Notes under the pieces: model-generated
Seen by the model: only the letters and a program-made list of their open reading frames with translations
Told to the model about the DNA's origin: nothing
Databases searched by the model: none
Position numbers and translations under genes: made by a program
Source of the DNA: Candidatus Poribacteria bacterium
GTDB taxonomy: Bacteria; Poribacteria; WGA-4E; WGA-3G
DNA length: 64,000 nt
Assembly (NCBI GenBank): GCA_028821605.1
Contig: JAPPFM010000038.1
Span: 12,837-76,836, forward strand
Direction: 5' to 3'
In this document: piece by piece, positions 1 to 10,705 of the stretch
Numbering within the stretch: position 1 is the first letter of the stretch
Layout of the letters: every line of letters starts with the position of its first letter

Positions 1-177
1 GATGGAAAAACAGTTGCGTTGTGGCATTTTAATGAACCCAGTGGAACAAGAAAGTTTTCAGATTCATCGGGTAACGCCTATCATTTGGTAGGCAAAGGTG
101 GCGCGAAGACCAATATCCCACTCGCAGTTGAGGCACGGGGAAAACTGGCAACCACATGGGCGAAACTCAAGCAATGA
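1..177 (+). CDS. 3' end of a hypothetical protein (partial, continues upstream of the window)
   Basis: Frame 1 is open from the window edge to a TGA at 175-177 (...DGKTVALWHFNEPSGTRKFSDSSGNAYHLVGKGG...). No family recognised. Confidence 0.4.
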   Translation, partial: DGKTVALWHFNEPSGTRKFSDSSGNAYHLVGKGGAKTNIPLAVEARGKLATTWAKLKQ

Positions 178-187
178 ACTCTCGGAA

Positions 188-560
188 TCTAATTGAATAA
201 CTTTCATATCTATATGCATTGTGGAAGTTAACTTATGATATATCTATAATTCACATATTAGTATTATTTGCCTTTCAAAGTTGCTAACCCCTTTGACTTC
301 TATCACCTTAAAGGACGCGATTACCTGTCCAATTCACCACAGAAATTTGACAATTTTAACCGCCGTCAAATTTTTCAAAATCGCTGCTCGGACCTTTGGT
401 AGCTTAGGTTTGCGGTCAATTTTGAGAGATTTGAAAATTCTGTGGTTTTCTGTGGTAGCTGATGTTTTGTTGTTTTTTCACCACTACGTTCATAAAGCGG
501 ATCAGACGTTTTCGGTGTTGTGTAAGAAATGTCCTAAATCTTCCTTCGCCCCATTTCGTG
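188..560. repeat. ~380-bp structured interspersed repeat, copy A (second copy at 39440..39830, same orientation, ~88% identical)
   Basis: Direct alignment by eye from tctaattgaataactttcatatcta to cgtcctaaatcttcctt. Contains nested inverted repeats (gaaatttgac...gtcaaattt; caccacagaaa...tttctgtggt). The ORFs inside (281..655, 39496..39717) are not frame-conserved between copies. Confidence 0.7.
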
Positions 561-1036
561 CAATAGAATATAAAGAATGCCCCATTTCGTGCATGCTGTT
601 CTCCACATTCTTAGAGAACAGCGTCAGTGTGGTATTGTTCAGATTGGTTATGTAGATTGATTGTTGTCACTACAAAAATTATAGACGACAACTTAGAACT
701 ATAAATACCCCTATAAAACCTAAAGTATAGACGGATTTCCAACCGCAGTACCTTCCCAGTTTTGAACAAAATTGTCCAGAGATTGAACGCTTAAGAATAT
801 CCCGTTAAGCAGAATTGTGTGGATTCTGTTTTTAAACACGGTTTCTCGCCTAAATTGTCGTTGGCATGAAAATTGCTAATATAGTTTAAACAACGCTGAG
901 TAAACCATGGGAGAGCCTTTCTCCTTGGAGAAACGCGAATTGAGGCGATTGGCTTTCCCATATCTCAATTGCGCATCGCTTCTATCCATTTAGCGATAGG
1001 CAGAAAATCGAAAGAAAAAGTAAGGAGAATACAAAG

Positions 1037-2008
1037 ATGAAACGTAAACACTTTGGCATGATATTCGGAGTTGTGTTCTTAGCAAGTAGCATACTGCTCC
1101 TGACGAAGGTTTATGCTCAGGAACCCGGCGTTGGATATGTGTCTTTTAACTCTGATCGAACAGGAAATCACGACATCTATATCATTGATACAAATGGTAG
1201 AAATCTCCGAAACTTAACGGATCACCCTGCGAAGGATTTTTCTGCGACCTGGGCACCCGATGGAAGGTCTTTCGCTTATGTGTCGGATCGAGACGGAAAT
1301 TATGAGATTTATGTGATGGATCTAAGTCAGAGCGAAACTCGCCGGTTGACGAACCATCCCGCACGAGACAATAATCCTGCCTGGTCTCCAGACGGACAAT
1401 GGATCGCTTTTGAATCGGATCGAGAAGAGGGTTACCATATCTACAAAATGAACATTCGTGGTGAAAAACTGCAGCAACTTACAAGCAAGGGGCAATTTAA
1501 CTCAAAACCAGCGTGGTCTCCAGACGGGAAACACATCGCTTTCAATTCAAATCGGGATACAAGCCACGGTATCTATGTAATGAAATCTAACGGGAAAAGA
1601 CTGAGAAAACTCAGGACTGGAAACGGAGCGAATCCTGCGTGGTCGCCGAATGGAAAACAGATCGTCTTTTCTGAGGCACGAGACAGAATTTTGAAAAATC
1701 ATGCGCTTTTCATCGTAAACCTTGATGGCAGCGGTTTACGCCAGTTGAATAACGATCCGCGGTTTCACCACCAACCTGCGTGGTCGCCGGATGGGAAATG
1801 GATCGCCTACATTTTATGGCAAGGTCGTGGGAGAGGTACTGATGTTCACGTGATAAATGTGGCAGGTAAACCGATCCAGCGATTGACAAATGATGGGGTA
1901 AACAAGTCTTTCCCTAAGTGGGTGCCGGAGGGGTTTCTTGCTGTTTCTCCAATTGCACAGACACAAACAACCCTCTGGGGCAGACTGAAAAAATCCGACA
2001 GCGATTAA
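1037..2008 (+). CDS. TolB-like periplasmic PD40 beta-propeller protein with signal peptide
   Basis: Repeated PD40 motifs (P.WSPDG..IAF.S.RDG...IY); N-terminal hydrophobic signal; RBS AAGGAGA upstream. Confidence 0.8.
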   Translation: MKRKHFGMIFGVVFLASSILLLTKVYAQEPGVGYVSFNSDRTGNHDIYIIDTNGRNLRNLTDHPAKDFSATWAPDGRSFAYVSDRDGNYEIYVMDLSQSETRRLTNHPARDNNPAWSPDGQWIAFESDREEGYHIYKMNIRGEKLQQLTSKGQFNSKPAWSPDGKHIAFNSNRDTSHGIYVMKSNGKRLRKLRTGNGANPAWSPNGKQIVFSEARDRILKNHALFIVNLDGSGLRQLNNDPRFHHQPAWSPDGKWIAYILWQGRGRGTDVHVINVAGKPIQRLTNDGVNKSFPKWVPEGFLAVSPIAQTQTTLWGRLKKSDSD

Positions 2009-2145
2009 ATGAAGGCAGACATCATCCGTTTCGCATCAGAAAGGATACAAAAAATAATGCTTATTCGGAAATGAAACAGTTTGATGGAGGCATAAACTTG
2101 AACACCTTCAGTTAATTAATTCGTCCGTAAGGGGGAACACAACCG

Positions 2146-5100
2146 ATGAACACGTTAAAACGAGCGATTCATTTTATGTTTGTCGTAACTTGCGTCCTGA
2201 GTGCGTCCGTGTTCTATGGTTGTGGTGCGGACAGTCTCGGACCGTATGTACCGCTCTTGCCTACCATTGAGAGCGAAGCTAAGTTCGCAAGCAGATTCCA
2301 ATTGGAAGAAGAACCGCAATTCTTCTATGACCTTTATGGTGCTGAAATCGTTGAAGGCAGTGAACTCAATACATATACCGATCAGAAAAATTTCGATCAG
2401 AACGGTAAATTAATTGTTGGATGGGGTGGTCAGCTGGATACTCTTCGCTTCACGGCTCAACTCGACCGTACGATCTTGGCTGAAGAAACCTTCCTCGGTA
2501 GACATACTGAGTTTATTATTGGCGATCACCTACGGATCAAACCTGCTTCTCTGTTTCCAAACCGATATATTCTATACAAAACTGAGTTTGATGGGCTTCG
2601 GTGGGATATCTCCTTTGCGCAGGAGCACCATCTTTTTAGCCTCATCCATTCACGTATCTCTAATCCTATTAAAATAACAGATACGCCAGGACAGGGGGAA
2701 AGACTCGCCCAGGATCTTGGGCGTCGAAATGGGTTGAACGCTGTGTCAGGTGTCAGGAACATTGAAAACGCACGACTCGTTGGTTTTCGAGGACAGGGAC
2801 TTTTAGGCGAATTTCTCCGTATAGGGTTTACTTATGTAAATTTGTATAAAGAACATCCGGAACGGCTCATAAACTCATTCATGGGAACCGTCGCCAATAC
2901 ACCGCCTGAAACAATATCCATCGTTTTTCGAGATGACTCACCTGAGGATAATCACACGAGTGCATTTACAGATTTTCGTTCTTATGATCCAAACTTACAC
3001 AAGAATAATATCCAAGAGGGTGTCGGTGCAGCTTTCAAAAGCATGAAGATTACGATTGTTACACAAGCACTGGAAGAATTACCCCCCGCAGCTATAGCGG
3101 AAGGCATTGAACCCGACCCACTACCAGAAATGACGCACCGATTCGACGTCTTCGCTGATGAACTGGTTCCGGTTGATCACGCCGGCGGTCCTTCCGAAGT
3201 CCGAGATTCCGTTGACGGGAAGTGGAGAATTGTCAACGGTTTCAATAAAATGAAATATGATCTTATTTTGGCTGATGAGAGGATTAACATTGACCCACGA
3301 ACAGTCAAATCCGTTGTCTTTGAAATGGTCGTTGCAGGCGACTACAACATAGCCGTTATCGGCTTTAGTGAAGCAAATAGAGCAGAAGAAAAGCCCGACC
3401 TACAAGAGTGGATTAAAACGACAGATGGCCGCATTCAGATACCGTATCGCGACATAATCGAGGCACCGGGGAATTACGGTCAATCTCCGGATTACATCAA
3501 AAACAGGAAAAAACTTGTAGACAATCCCACACAATGGAAAGGTGAAGGGAGACCTCGGAAAATCCGATACCGTTACGGTGCCGCGCGAGCTGCAGCCCTC
3601 TATGGAATAGACCTTGAAGGAACTATCGGCAACGTTTCCATCAGGACACACTACTCTATTAATGGTAAATATAAACAGTACCCGACTATCCCGAAAGATA
3701 AAATAGGGTTTAGTCGAACCAAAACGACTATTCAAGGTCCAGATGGTGAGGAAGAGACGGGTGTCACTATTGATTTCAACAGCCGACTTCCAGTAGATGC
3801 AAATGGTGTCCCCACTTATGCGGAAACCGAAGGTGAACGTTTTGAAGCATTCTTAGGCGGGGACGGAACAGATGAAAATGGCAACGGAAAGCTCGGTAGG
3901 GAAACCGCCTGGTTCGTCCAACTTAAGTCTCGCTTCGGCAAACTTCATTTAGAAGGTGTCTTGTATCACATTGACCCGGGCTACACAACCAACTATCTGA
4001 ATTTTGGGGCACATCCGAACCGAGGGCAAATTTACACGCTTGAACGCGGCAGACCAGATAGACCCTTGGAAGATCGAATTGCGGAAGAACAAATTCCATG
4101 GGATGTTGCCAACTATACCCTGATTGAGGATGACGATGATGACGATGACCAGCCCGATAATGCTGACTTTGATGGGGTAATTCCGCGTGCTGATGATCGG
4201 GACCAGAATGGAATATTAGACTTCCAAGAAGATTTTCTTATTTTTGAAGCCGACCCACCTGTATTTACCCATATTGTTGATCTGAATAATAACGGTATTG
4301 TTGATCCGATTGAGGATGATCTCGAGCCAGAATACGAATACGGTATAGACCGACAAGGGTATCACCTTAAAGCTAAATACGACGTGCTTGACAATCTTGT
4401 TGTTGAAGTGGGTTGGTTAAATGAAAGCGAAATTTCAAGCCGACGGAAAAACAACACTAAATACATACATGTTACTTATAAACGCGACATCCCGGATTTC
4501 GGCAGCTTCCACTTCCAAAATCGATTTGTCCAAGCACAGGATGATATCCCGGATTACACAATTGTCTTGCCTGTTGGAGAATTAGAACCGATTCACATTA
4601 ATGATGCGCTTGATTTTTACAACGCACGAGTGAATACAACAACGTTCCAATGCCTCTATACAGCGGTACGAAACTTGACACTTGAAGCCAAACTTCTGGT
4701 GCTCATGCAAAAACAACTCGAACAGGATGAAGAAAAGGCACTTTTCACGAATGTTGAATACGACCCGATATCAGAGAACTTTGAACCGGATGAACGTGTT
4801 GACTTTATGGTGCCAATTGATCAAGTTCGGTTTAGTGGAGACACACGCGACTATCCATTCTATCCTGATCATGGAATTAACGCACTTGACCCGACTGACA
4901 CCGGTTTAATCTATGACGATGCGAATTGGAAAAAACGTCGTTATCCTGAACGGAATATCCGTAATCAACTCACCATTCTGAAGGCGAAATACGAGATTCC
5001 ACTCGGAGACCTCCCTTATGTCAACAAAATTGCTGCAGATTTGACGCTGACACCCATGGTTAAGTACGTCTGGGACCGCGCTTTTGATCGAAGTGCCGAG

Positions 5101-5502
5101 GAAATTCCAAAAACACTCAACCCAGACCTGTTTCTCCCAACCGACGATCAACCGGTTGAATATTTGCGATTTAACCGTCGAAGTCGGGAGGATATCCTTG
5201 GGGTCCGTCTTGATTATCAGTTCACACCCAGATTAAGTGTCCTTGGAGGATTCCAATACCGGAAATTTTCCAACCGGGATAAAAACTTTAAGAACTATCT
5301 ACAAACTTTCCCAGTTGATACTGACGTTCCAATCCTATACCGCCCTGACCTGCGAACCCGTATTTTTGAAATCCAAGCCATCAACAGAGGCAATTGGCTC
5401 GGCTTCTATATCGTCATTCTTGCAGGGCACCGTAGAACCACAAACCTGTTTCAACAGAAGCGGAGCAATACAACGTTTGTTCGAGCAATGATGGGTTTCT
5501 AA
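2146..5502 (+). CDS. Large (1118 aa) secreted or outer-membrane lipoprotein with thrombospondin-type-3-like Ca-binding repeats and a poly-Asp tract
   Basis: Lipobox (SVFYGC) after a hydrophobic N-terminus. DxDxDG-type motifs (DADFDGV, DRDQNGILD, DLNNNGIVD); run DDDDDDDQPD; C-terminal aromatic residue (…RAMMGF) typical of OM proteins. Confidence 0.55.
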   Translation: MNTLKRAIHFMFVVTCVLSASVFYGCGADSLGPYVPLLPTIESEAKFASRFQLEEEPQFFYDLYGAEIVEGSELNTYTDQKNFDQNGKLIVGWGGQLDTLRFTAQLDRTILAEETFLGRHTEFIIGDHLRIKPASLFPNRYILYKTEFDGLRWDISFAQEHHLFSLIHSRISNPIKITDTPGQGERLAQDLGRRNGLNAVSGVRNIENARLVGFRGQGLLGEFLRIGFTYVNLYKEHPERLINSFMGTVANTPPETISIVFRDDSPEDNHTSAFTDFRSYDPNLHKNNIQEGVGAAFKSMKITIVTQALEELPPAAIAEGIEPDPLPEMTHRFDVFADELVPVDHAGGPSEVRDSVDGKWRIVNGFNKMKYDLILADERINIDPRTVKSVVFEMVVAGDYNIAVIGFSEANRAEEKPDLQEWIKTTDGRIQIPYRDIIEAPGNYGQSPDYIKNRKKLVDNPTQWKGEGRPRKIRYRYGAARAAALYGIDLEGTIGNVSIRTHYSINGKYKQYPTIPKDKIGFSRTKTTIQGPDGEEETGVTIDFNSRLPVDANGVPTYAETEGERFEAFLGGDGTDENGNGKLGRETAWFVQLKSRFGKLHLEGVLYHIDPGYTTNYLNFGAHPNRGQIYTLERGRPDRPLEDRIAEEQIPWDVANYTLIEDDDDDDDQPDNADFDGVIPRADDRDQNGILDFQEDFLIFEADPPVFTHIVDLNNNGIVDPIEDDLEPEYEYGIDRQGYHLKAKYDVLDNLVVEVGWLNESEISSRRKNNTKYIHVTYKRDIPDFGSFHFQNRFVQAQDDIPDYTIVLPVGELEPIHINDALDFYNARVNTTTFQCLYTAVRNLTLEAKLLVLMQKQLEQDEEKALFTNVEYDPISENFEPDERVDFMVPIDQVRFSGDTRDYPFYPDHGINALDPTDTGLIYDDANWKKRRYPERNIRNQLTILKAKYEIPLGDLPYVNKIAADLTLTPMVKYVWDRAFDRSAEEIPKTLNPDLFLPTDDQPVEYLRFNRRSREDILGVRLDYQFTPRLSVLGGFQYRKFSNRDKNFKNYLQTFPVDTDVPILYRPDLRTRIFEIQAINRGNWLGFYIVILAGHRRTTNLFQQKRSNTTFVRAMMGF

Positions 5503-8500
5503 TGCTTTGGAAAAAGTGTCCCCAACAGATGTGTTACCGAACTGTTAACTGTCGGCGCAATGTGTAATTGATCCTGTAGATATGCTCCATACGGTGTGAT
5601 AACCCCCAAAATGAATCGGGTGATCGTATCATCATCTGTAGAAAGGCAAATTCCAGTACCTTCTGAGATTTCCTCCGATACACGAATTTCGCCATCTTTG
5701 ATGATAAGACTTGCCCGATGTTCCGAACCTTTGATGCTGATTGTCCCTTGCCAGCCCTTGTAATCATCACTTTCGTTCAGTCGTTTGGAAAGTAGTGGGG
5801 AAAGCTCACCAAGTAGCATCGGCAGGTTGACGATCTTAAACATCCATACCCACCCTACATCCCCCGACGTGTACCCAAAGTTGTGGAACAGCGTTCTGAT
5901 GTAATTCTTGTCACCTTCTGCTTCCGGCTCGTAGCGAATTCGTTTATACTCACGCTTGACCAATCCGTTGTGCAACGCACAGAGTAGTGCAGCACCGACA
6001 TCTTCAAGGAAACCTTCCGGATGTGTAGAATCTTCGGAAGACAGGGGTTTAAGACAGAATTCGGTGATTCGGACACTCTTTTCCTTCTCATCGCATTGCG
6101 CTTGCACATATCCAAGCAGTTCTCCATCCTTCTCTGCGAGATAAATCAATCGAGTTTCAGAAGTTCTGCGCCTTTCAGCGCGTCTCGGTCTGCGTTCCAC
6201 CCGGTCGGCATAAAATGCATTGAGTCCCCTTGCCATCGCGACCTCATCCCCAGGTGCGTAAGGGCGGATAACTAAGCCCTCTACTACTTTTGCCTGTTCG
6301 TGCCGCAACGCTTTGGTGAACTCTCGCGTCAATAGCCCATCAACGAACCCAAAATTCCTGTACATCCCATGGGCGTTGTTGTCCGTGCCGGTATGAAGAG
6401 AGATACAAGAGTATCGGCGGACCAGTTCATGCGACATTGACGCACCAAATGCCCACCGCGCCAATCCCTTTCGGCGATATTTTGACGTGGTATGCACCCA
6501 ACTCACATAAGTACCCGAAGCGTGCGTGTTGTGTGGGAAATGGTGTGTATGGAGAATTATATTGCAAACGGCAACGCGATCGCCGCCGATGATCGGATAG
6601 TGATATAATTCCGCATTGCGTTTGACATCCATCGTTAGGAGAGACGCACCATTTTCGTCTGTGAGCTCCTTGTATGAGAACGCTTCGGCTACCGGGTGTC
6701 CAATTTTGGCAAGTAAGTATCCAGTTTCGAGTTGGTATCTATGATCTTGGTGTGGCGCAATCTCCACGAGTCGATCTACGATTTCGCTGCCTCCACCGTT
6801 GCGAACCAACATCAGTACCGCCATCGCCACAAGCCCATCATCCGCCGTTTCGACTGTCAACCCTTCGAGCACTTTCACTGCCCGATCATCGCAGCTGTTG
6901 ATTAGTTTTGCCGCTGCAATCAGGCGTTCGTATCTGTCCGCCGTGTCCAATTTAGCAACTAATGCTGAAACCTGATGCTCAGATTCGTCAGTGATTTCGA
7001 GAAGGCTATCAATTGCATCGATTCTGTCGCTTGTATCTGCGGTTGTGTCCCGAATCATTCCGTTGAGATATCCACGGACCTCCGCCGCAAATTCGTTGCT
7101 GTCATTCGGCAACAATGGGAGCGGATGGACAGTCGTACCGATCTCTTCAAACCATGGAAACAGGTCCTCACCTACCACCCGGCTGAGGTAACAGATTTGT
7201 CTATCCACCCGTGAGAAGGTTGTGTCCGGCATATTCTTTTCTGGGTCAATTTGCTTTTCGGAGAATATCTCAGTGAGCCGAACAAACAGGTCGTCACCAT
7301 ATTTTTCAAGGAGTGCCTTCAGTATCCAGATCGGCTTGCGAGATTGTTGCTCGTAAACTTTAGCGACATCAACCCGTTTCTCAGTTTCGTCGTTTTCACG
7401 AAATTGCTTCTCGAATTCGGAGAGCATCATCGTCGCTTCTCGCTCAAATCCGAGTAACTTCATTGCCCAGATACCAAAGAAAAACTGGAATCCGTCAAAA
7501 AGAACATCCGCTGCCTTCTGAAACGGCGTTTTGTCGGCGATCAATCCACTCGCTTCAAAACCGAGCGAATAGGCGAGTCTTGAGGGACTGATACATGCCC
7601 CAATTGTCATCACCGAGTCCTCCCAACTGAAGCCGTATTCATGAACACACGATGGAATCAGATCTATTTTCCATTCAATTTTCTCACCATCAGGGAATTT
7701 CGAGAGCATCTCCTCTGCCAGTTTTTTAGCAAACGCCATACAGGTGTCTATACGGTCCTCAACGAAGTGCGTATAGAAAATCTTGATTTTTCCGTCCTCT
7801 CTGACGTGTTCTTCAATCGGAATTTCATCCGGAATTGCCTGAGCACCCGTTGTCAAAGAGGGTTTTTGCTGGGGTGTTTCTTCGCGGTTGATTCCCAACC
7901 AATCAATAAATCGCGTAGATACCGGATGATTCTCGTATTGAAAAAGCTGCGTGTTGATTAAGAGCACGCGTCCTGATCCAAAATGGAGACATGCCCCAAC
8001 AGGTTCTTTCGTCTCGCTGTGTTCAAGGAAAACGTTACCCTCCGCGGGGATATCAAGGATACCACAATATGTGAGACCCAGGTCGTCAATTCCCAATCCA
8101 TCGGTAATTTCGTGATTAGTGAAGTGGAGGTCTTTCTTTGTATAACCACGCAAAGGATTCGCGTCGGTATCCATTTCTCCTTGCCCTTCAGGTAACGGAA
8201 GAAATCGCGCATCAAAAAGAGAGACAACGTGATTAATCCCCAATTCAGAGATCGGTTCACGGACATCTCGCTCAAATAGGCTCGTGCTGGCAGCTAAAAA
8301 CAGTCCACCGCCATTTTCTACAAACTCGCGGATCAGTTGGAGCTCCGCATCCGTATATTTTAACGATGTGTCGCTGCAAATCGTCAGGACATCGTAATTT
8401 TTTAACACCGCTTCACTGAGATAATCACGGTTATTAGTGGTTCGATAGATGTTGTCCGGCTCAATTCGTATCAATCCGTTTGACCAGCCAGTATCGCGTG

Positions 8501-8537
8501 AAGTATCGACTAAAATCCGAATTCGTTCTTTTCTCAT
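5499..8537 (-). CDS. 1012-aa multidomain protein: N-terminal GATase1/ThuA-like region, central HEAT-like repeats, C-terminal Eis-like tandem GNAT acetyltransferase plus SCP2-like tail
   Basis: GNAT motif (RRKGLARWAF…); second GNAT-like block (LIYLAEKDGELLGYVQAQ); HEAT-like helical repeats (SDRIDAIDSLLEI…DRAVKVLEGL…); overall architecture resembles Eis-family enzymes fused to extra domains. Domain assignments by eye only. Confidence 0.55.
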   Translation of the reverse strand: MRKERIRILVDTSRDTGWSNGLIRIEPDNIYRTTNNRDYLSEAVLKNYDVLTICSDTSLKYTDAELQLIREFVENGGGLFLAASTSLFERDVREPISELGINHVVSLFDARFLPLPEGQGEMDTDANPLRGYTKKDLHFTNHEITDGLGIDDLGLTYCGILDIPAEGNVFLEHSETKEPVGACLHFGSGRVLLINTQLFQYENHPVSTRFIDWLGINREETPQQKPSLTTGAQAIPDEIPIEEHVREDGKIKIFYTHFVEDRIDTCMAFAKKLAEEMLSKFPDGEKIEWKIDLIPSCVHEYGFSWEDSVMTIGACISPSRLAYSLGFEASGLIADKTPFQKAADVLFDGFQFFFGIWAMKLLGFEREATMMLSEFEKQFRENDETEKRVDVAKVYEQQSRKPIWILKALLEKYGDDLFVRLTEIFSEKQIDPEKNMPDTTFSRVDRQICYLSRVVGEDLFPWFEEIGTTVHPLPLLPNDSNEFAAEVRGYLNGMIRDTTADTSDRIDAIDSLLEITDESEHQVSALVAKLDTADRYERLIAAAKLINSCDDRAVKVLEGLTVETADDGLVAMAVLMLVRNGGGSEIVDRLVEIAPHQDHRYQLETGYLLAKIGHPVAEAFSYKELTDENGASLLTMDVKRNAELYHYPIIGGDRVAVCNIILHTHHFPHNTHASGTYVSWVHTTSKYRRKGLARWAFGASMSHELVRRYSCISLHTGTDNNAHGMYRNFGFVDGLLTREFTKALRHEQAKVVEGLVIRPYAPGDEVAMARGLNAFYADRVERRPRRAERRRTSETRLIYLAEKDGELLGYVQAQCDEKEKSVRITEFCLKPLSSEDSTHPEGFLEDVGAALLCALHNGLVKREYKRIRYEPEAEGDKNYIRTLFHNFGYTSGDVGWVWMFKIVNLPMLLGELSPLLSKRLNESDDYKGWQGTISIKGSEHRASLIIKDGEIRVSEEISEGTGICLSTDDDTITRFILGVITPYGAYLQDQLHIAPTVNSSVTHLLGTLFPKH

Positions 8538-8777
8538 CTGTCTTATTCCTTATTCATCAGATCGGTGGTTGGAAGGCAAAGAGTGGAGGCACTGAAGTAC
8601 TTACCCTGCCATTCTTCCTTGCTTCTATCCCAATCATCTTTTTTAAATTTGCCTCTCCTTCTTTTATTCAACTATACCCACAAGATTTTCTTCAACTTTT
8701 TTGTTGCACGCCAACGCTGAAGTTGCTATGATAGGAATAAACCAGCACACTCTTTTTGGCAAACTTCGGAGACATGC

Positions 8778-9908
8778 ATGAACAACTATCGTATCGCGAT
8801 TATCGGCTTGGGTGGCATGGGTGGATCTCATGCCCAAGCAGTGGAATTAGAGACGAACTGCGAACTCGTCGCTGGCGCAGAAATCAACCCAGAACGGGCA
8901 AAAGCATGGAGCGAACGGTTCGGTGTCAAAGCCATCTATGACGATTACGAAAAGATGCTTGACGAAGAACAACCCGATATCGTTATCGTCCCAACGCAGG
9001 CACCGATGCACTATCCCCCAACAATCGCAGCGGCACGCCGTGGTATCCATGTCTTCTGTGAAAAACCGACTGCCCTAAACCTTATTGAGGCCGACGAAAT
9101 GGTTGAAACCTGCGATCAGCATCAGGTCAAGTTTGCTATTAACCACATTAAACGCGCCAGCCCATACAATCGTCACGTCCTATCACTGATGGAGAAAGGC
9201 GAAATCGGCGATGTCGTGCTGATGAAGGCAACCGACAAAGGCGGACGCAAGGTCGGCAACTCATTGATGGAGATGGGCACACATCTCTACGATTGGTTGC
9301 GCCTTTTCGGCGGTGATGTCGAATGGACGCACGCACACCTCGTGCAGATGGACGGACGTGAGTCAACCGTGGATGACATCAAACATACCCAAGAAGTTCA
9401 CCCACATGACCGAGATGCAGGACTTGTGCTCGGAGAGCGTGGACACGCCGCTTTCCGCTTCAAGAACGGCATTCATGCTGATGTGCAGTTCCTCGCGCAA
9501 CCACAGACCAATGATAACGCCTACGGCATCGACATTATCGGCACTGAAGGCAGGATTGCGATCCGAGAAAGTGTCGGTACAACGATGTTCATCCACAAAG
9601 GACAACACAAGACCCCTGCAGAAGCGTGGGAACCCGTGCACCTTTCCAGTGAGGACCTTGACGAACAAGGAAACCCACGAGACAAGGGATCCATACGATT
9701 GCTCTTGCAACGCCTTATGCTACGTGATCTTATTGAAGCGATTGAGGAAGACCGAGATCCGTTTGCAAGCGGCAGAGACGGTCGAGATTGTCTCGAGATG
9801 ATTCACGCGACGTGGGAATCGCATCGCCAGCAGGCTCGTGTGCCTATGCCGCTCACACCACGTGAACACCCGCTTGAAAGGTGGAGAAGAGAGGAAGGCA
9901 CCTTCTAA
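8778..9908 (+). CDS. Gfo/Idh/MocA family NAD(P)-dependent oxidoreductase
   Basis: N-terminal Rossmann motif IAIIGLGGMGGSHA; family-typical length and C-terminal alpha/beta domain. Confidence 0.85.
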   Translation: MNNYRIAIIGLGGMGGSHAQAVELETNCELVAGAEINPERAKAWSERFGVKAIYDDYEKMLDEEQPDIVIVPTQAPMHYPPTIAAARRGIHVFCEKPTALNLIEADEMVETCDQHQVKFAINHIKRASPYNRHVLSLMEKGEIGDVVLMKATDKGGRKVGNSLMEMGTHLYDWLRLFGGDVEWTHAHLVQMDGRESTVDDIKHTQEVHPHDRDAGLVLGERGHAAFRFKNGIHADVQFLAQPQTNDNAYGIDIIGTEGRIAIRESVGTTMFIHKGQHKTPAEAWEPVHLSSEDLDEQGNPRDKGSIRLLLQRLMLRDLIEAIEEDRDPFASGRDGRDCLEMIHATWESHRQQARVPMPLTPREHPLERWRREEGTF

Positions 9909-9968
9909 CTCGGTAGACACTTTGTAAGCGCGCCGATTCACCATCAGAGAAAATAATAGGAGTGATCT

Positions 9969-10649
9969 ATGCAACGTTTGGATATTCTTCACCCGTCGAT
10001 TGACGACTACCTACTTGACATCACGCCCGAACGCGATGAAGTGCTCACCGAGATGGAAGTACACGCACGCGCAAATCGCTTCCCAATCGTCGGACCACTC
10101 GTTGGACGTGTCCTGCATCAATTGGTGCTGCTAACCAATCCCACACGGATTTTTGAGATGGGATCGGGTTTCGGCTATTCGGCGTATTGGATGGCAAAAG
10201 CATTGCAAAAACCGGAAGCATCTATCATCTGCACCGACGGTTCGCAGGAGAACGCCGATCGCGCAGCAGAGTATCTCGCACGCGGCGGTATTGCGGATCT
10301 CATCGATTATAGAGTCGGCAACGCGCTTGAAATCATCGATGAAACCGAAGGTGAGTTTGACATCATCTACAACGACATCGACAAGGACGGATATCCCGAA
10401 GCGTTTCATAAGGCGATTCCACGACTCAGAAGTGGGGGATTGTTTATTACAGATAACATGATCTGGGGTGGACGCGTTGTCACCCAAGAACTCGGTGATC
10501 CGCCAGAAGGACTCGATGAGCAGGAGCAGTGGTTTCACGCCGCTACGATTGGTGTCAGAGAGTTAACACGCCTCCTCTATAGTTCGCCTGATATATTCAC
10601 GACGATTATTCCGCTCCGCGATGGCGTTTCTGTCGCCGTGAAACGCTAA
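9969..10649 (+). CDS. Class I SAM-dependent O-methyltransferase (family 3, caffeoyl-CoA-OMT-like)
   Basis: Motif FEMGSGFGYSAYWMA and acidic D/E after beta2; ~225 aa; RBS AGGAG. Confidence 0.8.
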   Translation: MQRLDILHPSIDDYLLDITPERDEVLTEMEVHARANRFPIVGPLVGRVLHQLVLLTNPTRIFEMGSGFGYSAYWMAKALQKPEASIICTDGSQENADRAAEYLARGGIADLIDYRVGNALEIIDETEGEFDIIYNDIDKDGYPEAFHKAIPRLRSGGLFITDNMIWGGRVVTQELGDPPEGLDEQEQWFHAATIGVRELTRLLYSSPDIFTTIIPLRDGVSVAVKR

Positions 10650-10705
10650 TTCATATCCTCGCTAGGACAATTCACGTTAAACTTCCATTTCCAAAAATCT
10701 ACACT

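Noticed and set aside
281-655. 124-aa ORF inside repeat copy A (and the 73-aa ORF at 39496..39717 inside copy B)
   Set aside because: The two repeat copies differ by indels that destroy the reading frame, so conservation is at the nucleotide level and not the protein level.
8756-8941. 61-aa ORF overlapping the start of the Gfo/Idh/MocA gene in another frame
   Set aside because: Overlaps a strongly supported CDS with a Rossmann motif.
9313-9801. 162-aa ORF nested in the Gfo/Idh/MocA gene in another frame, and the many similar same- or opposite-strand nested ORFs listed in the track
   Set aside because: Embedded in well-supported genes, no RBS, amino-acid composition typical of off-frame translation.
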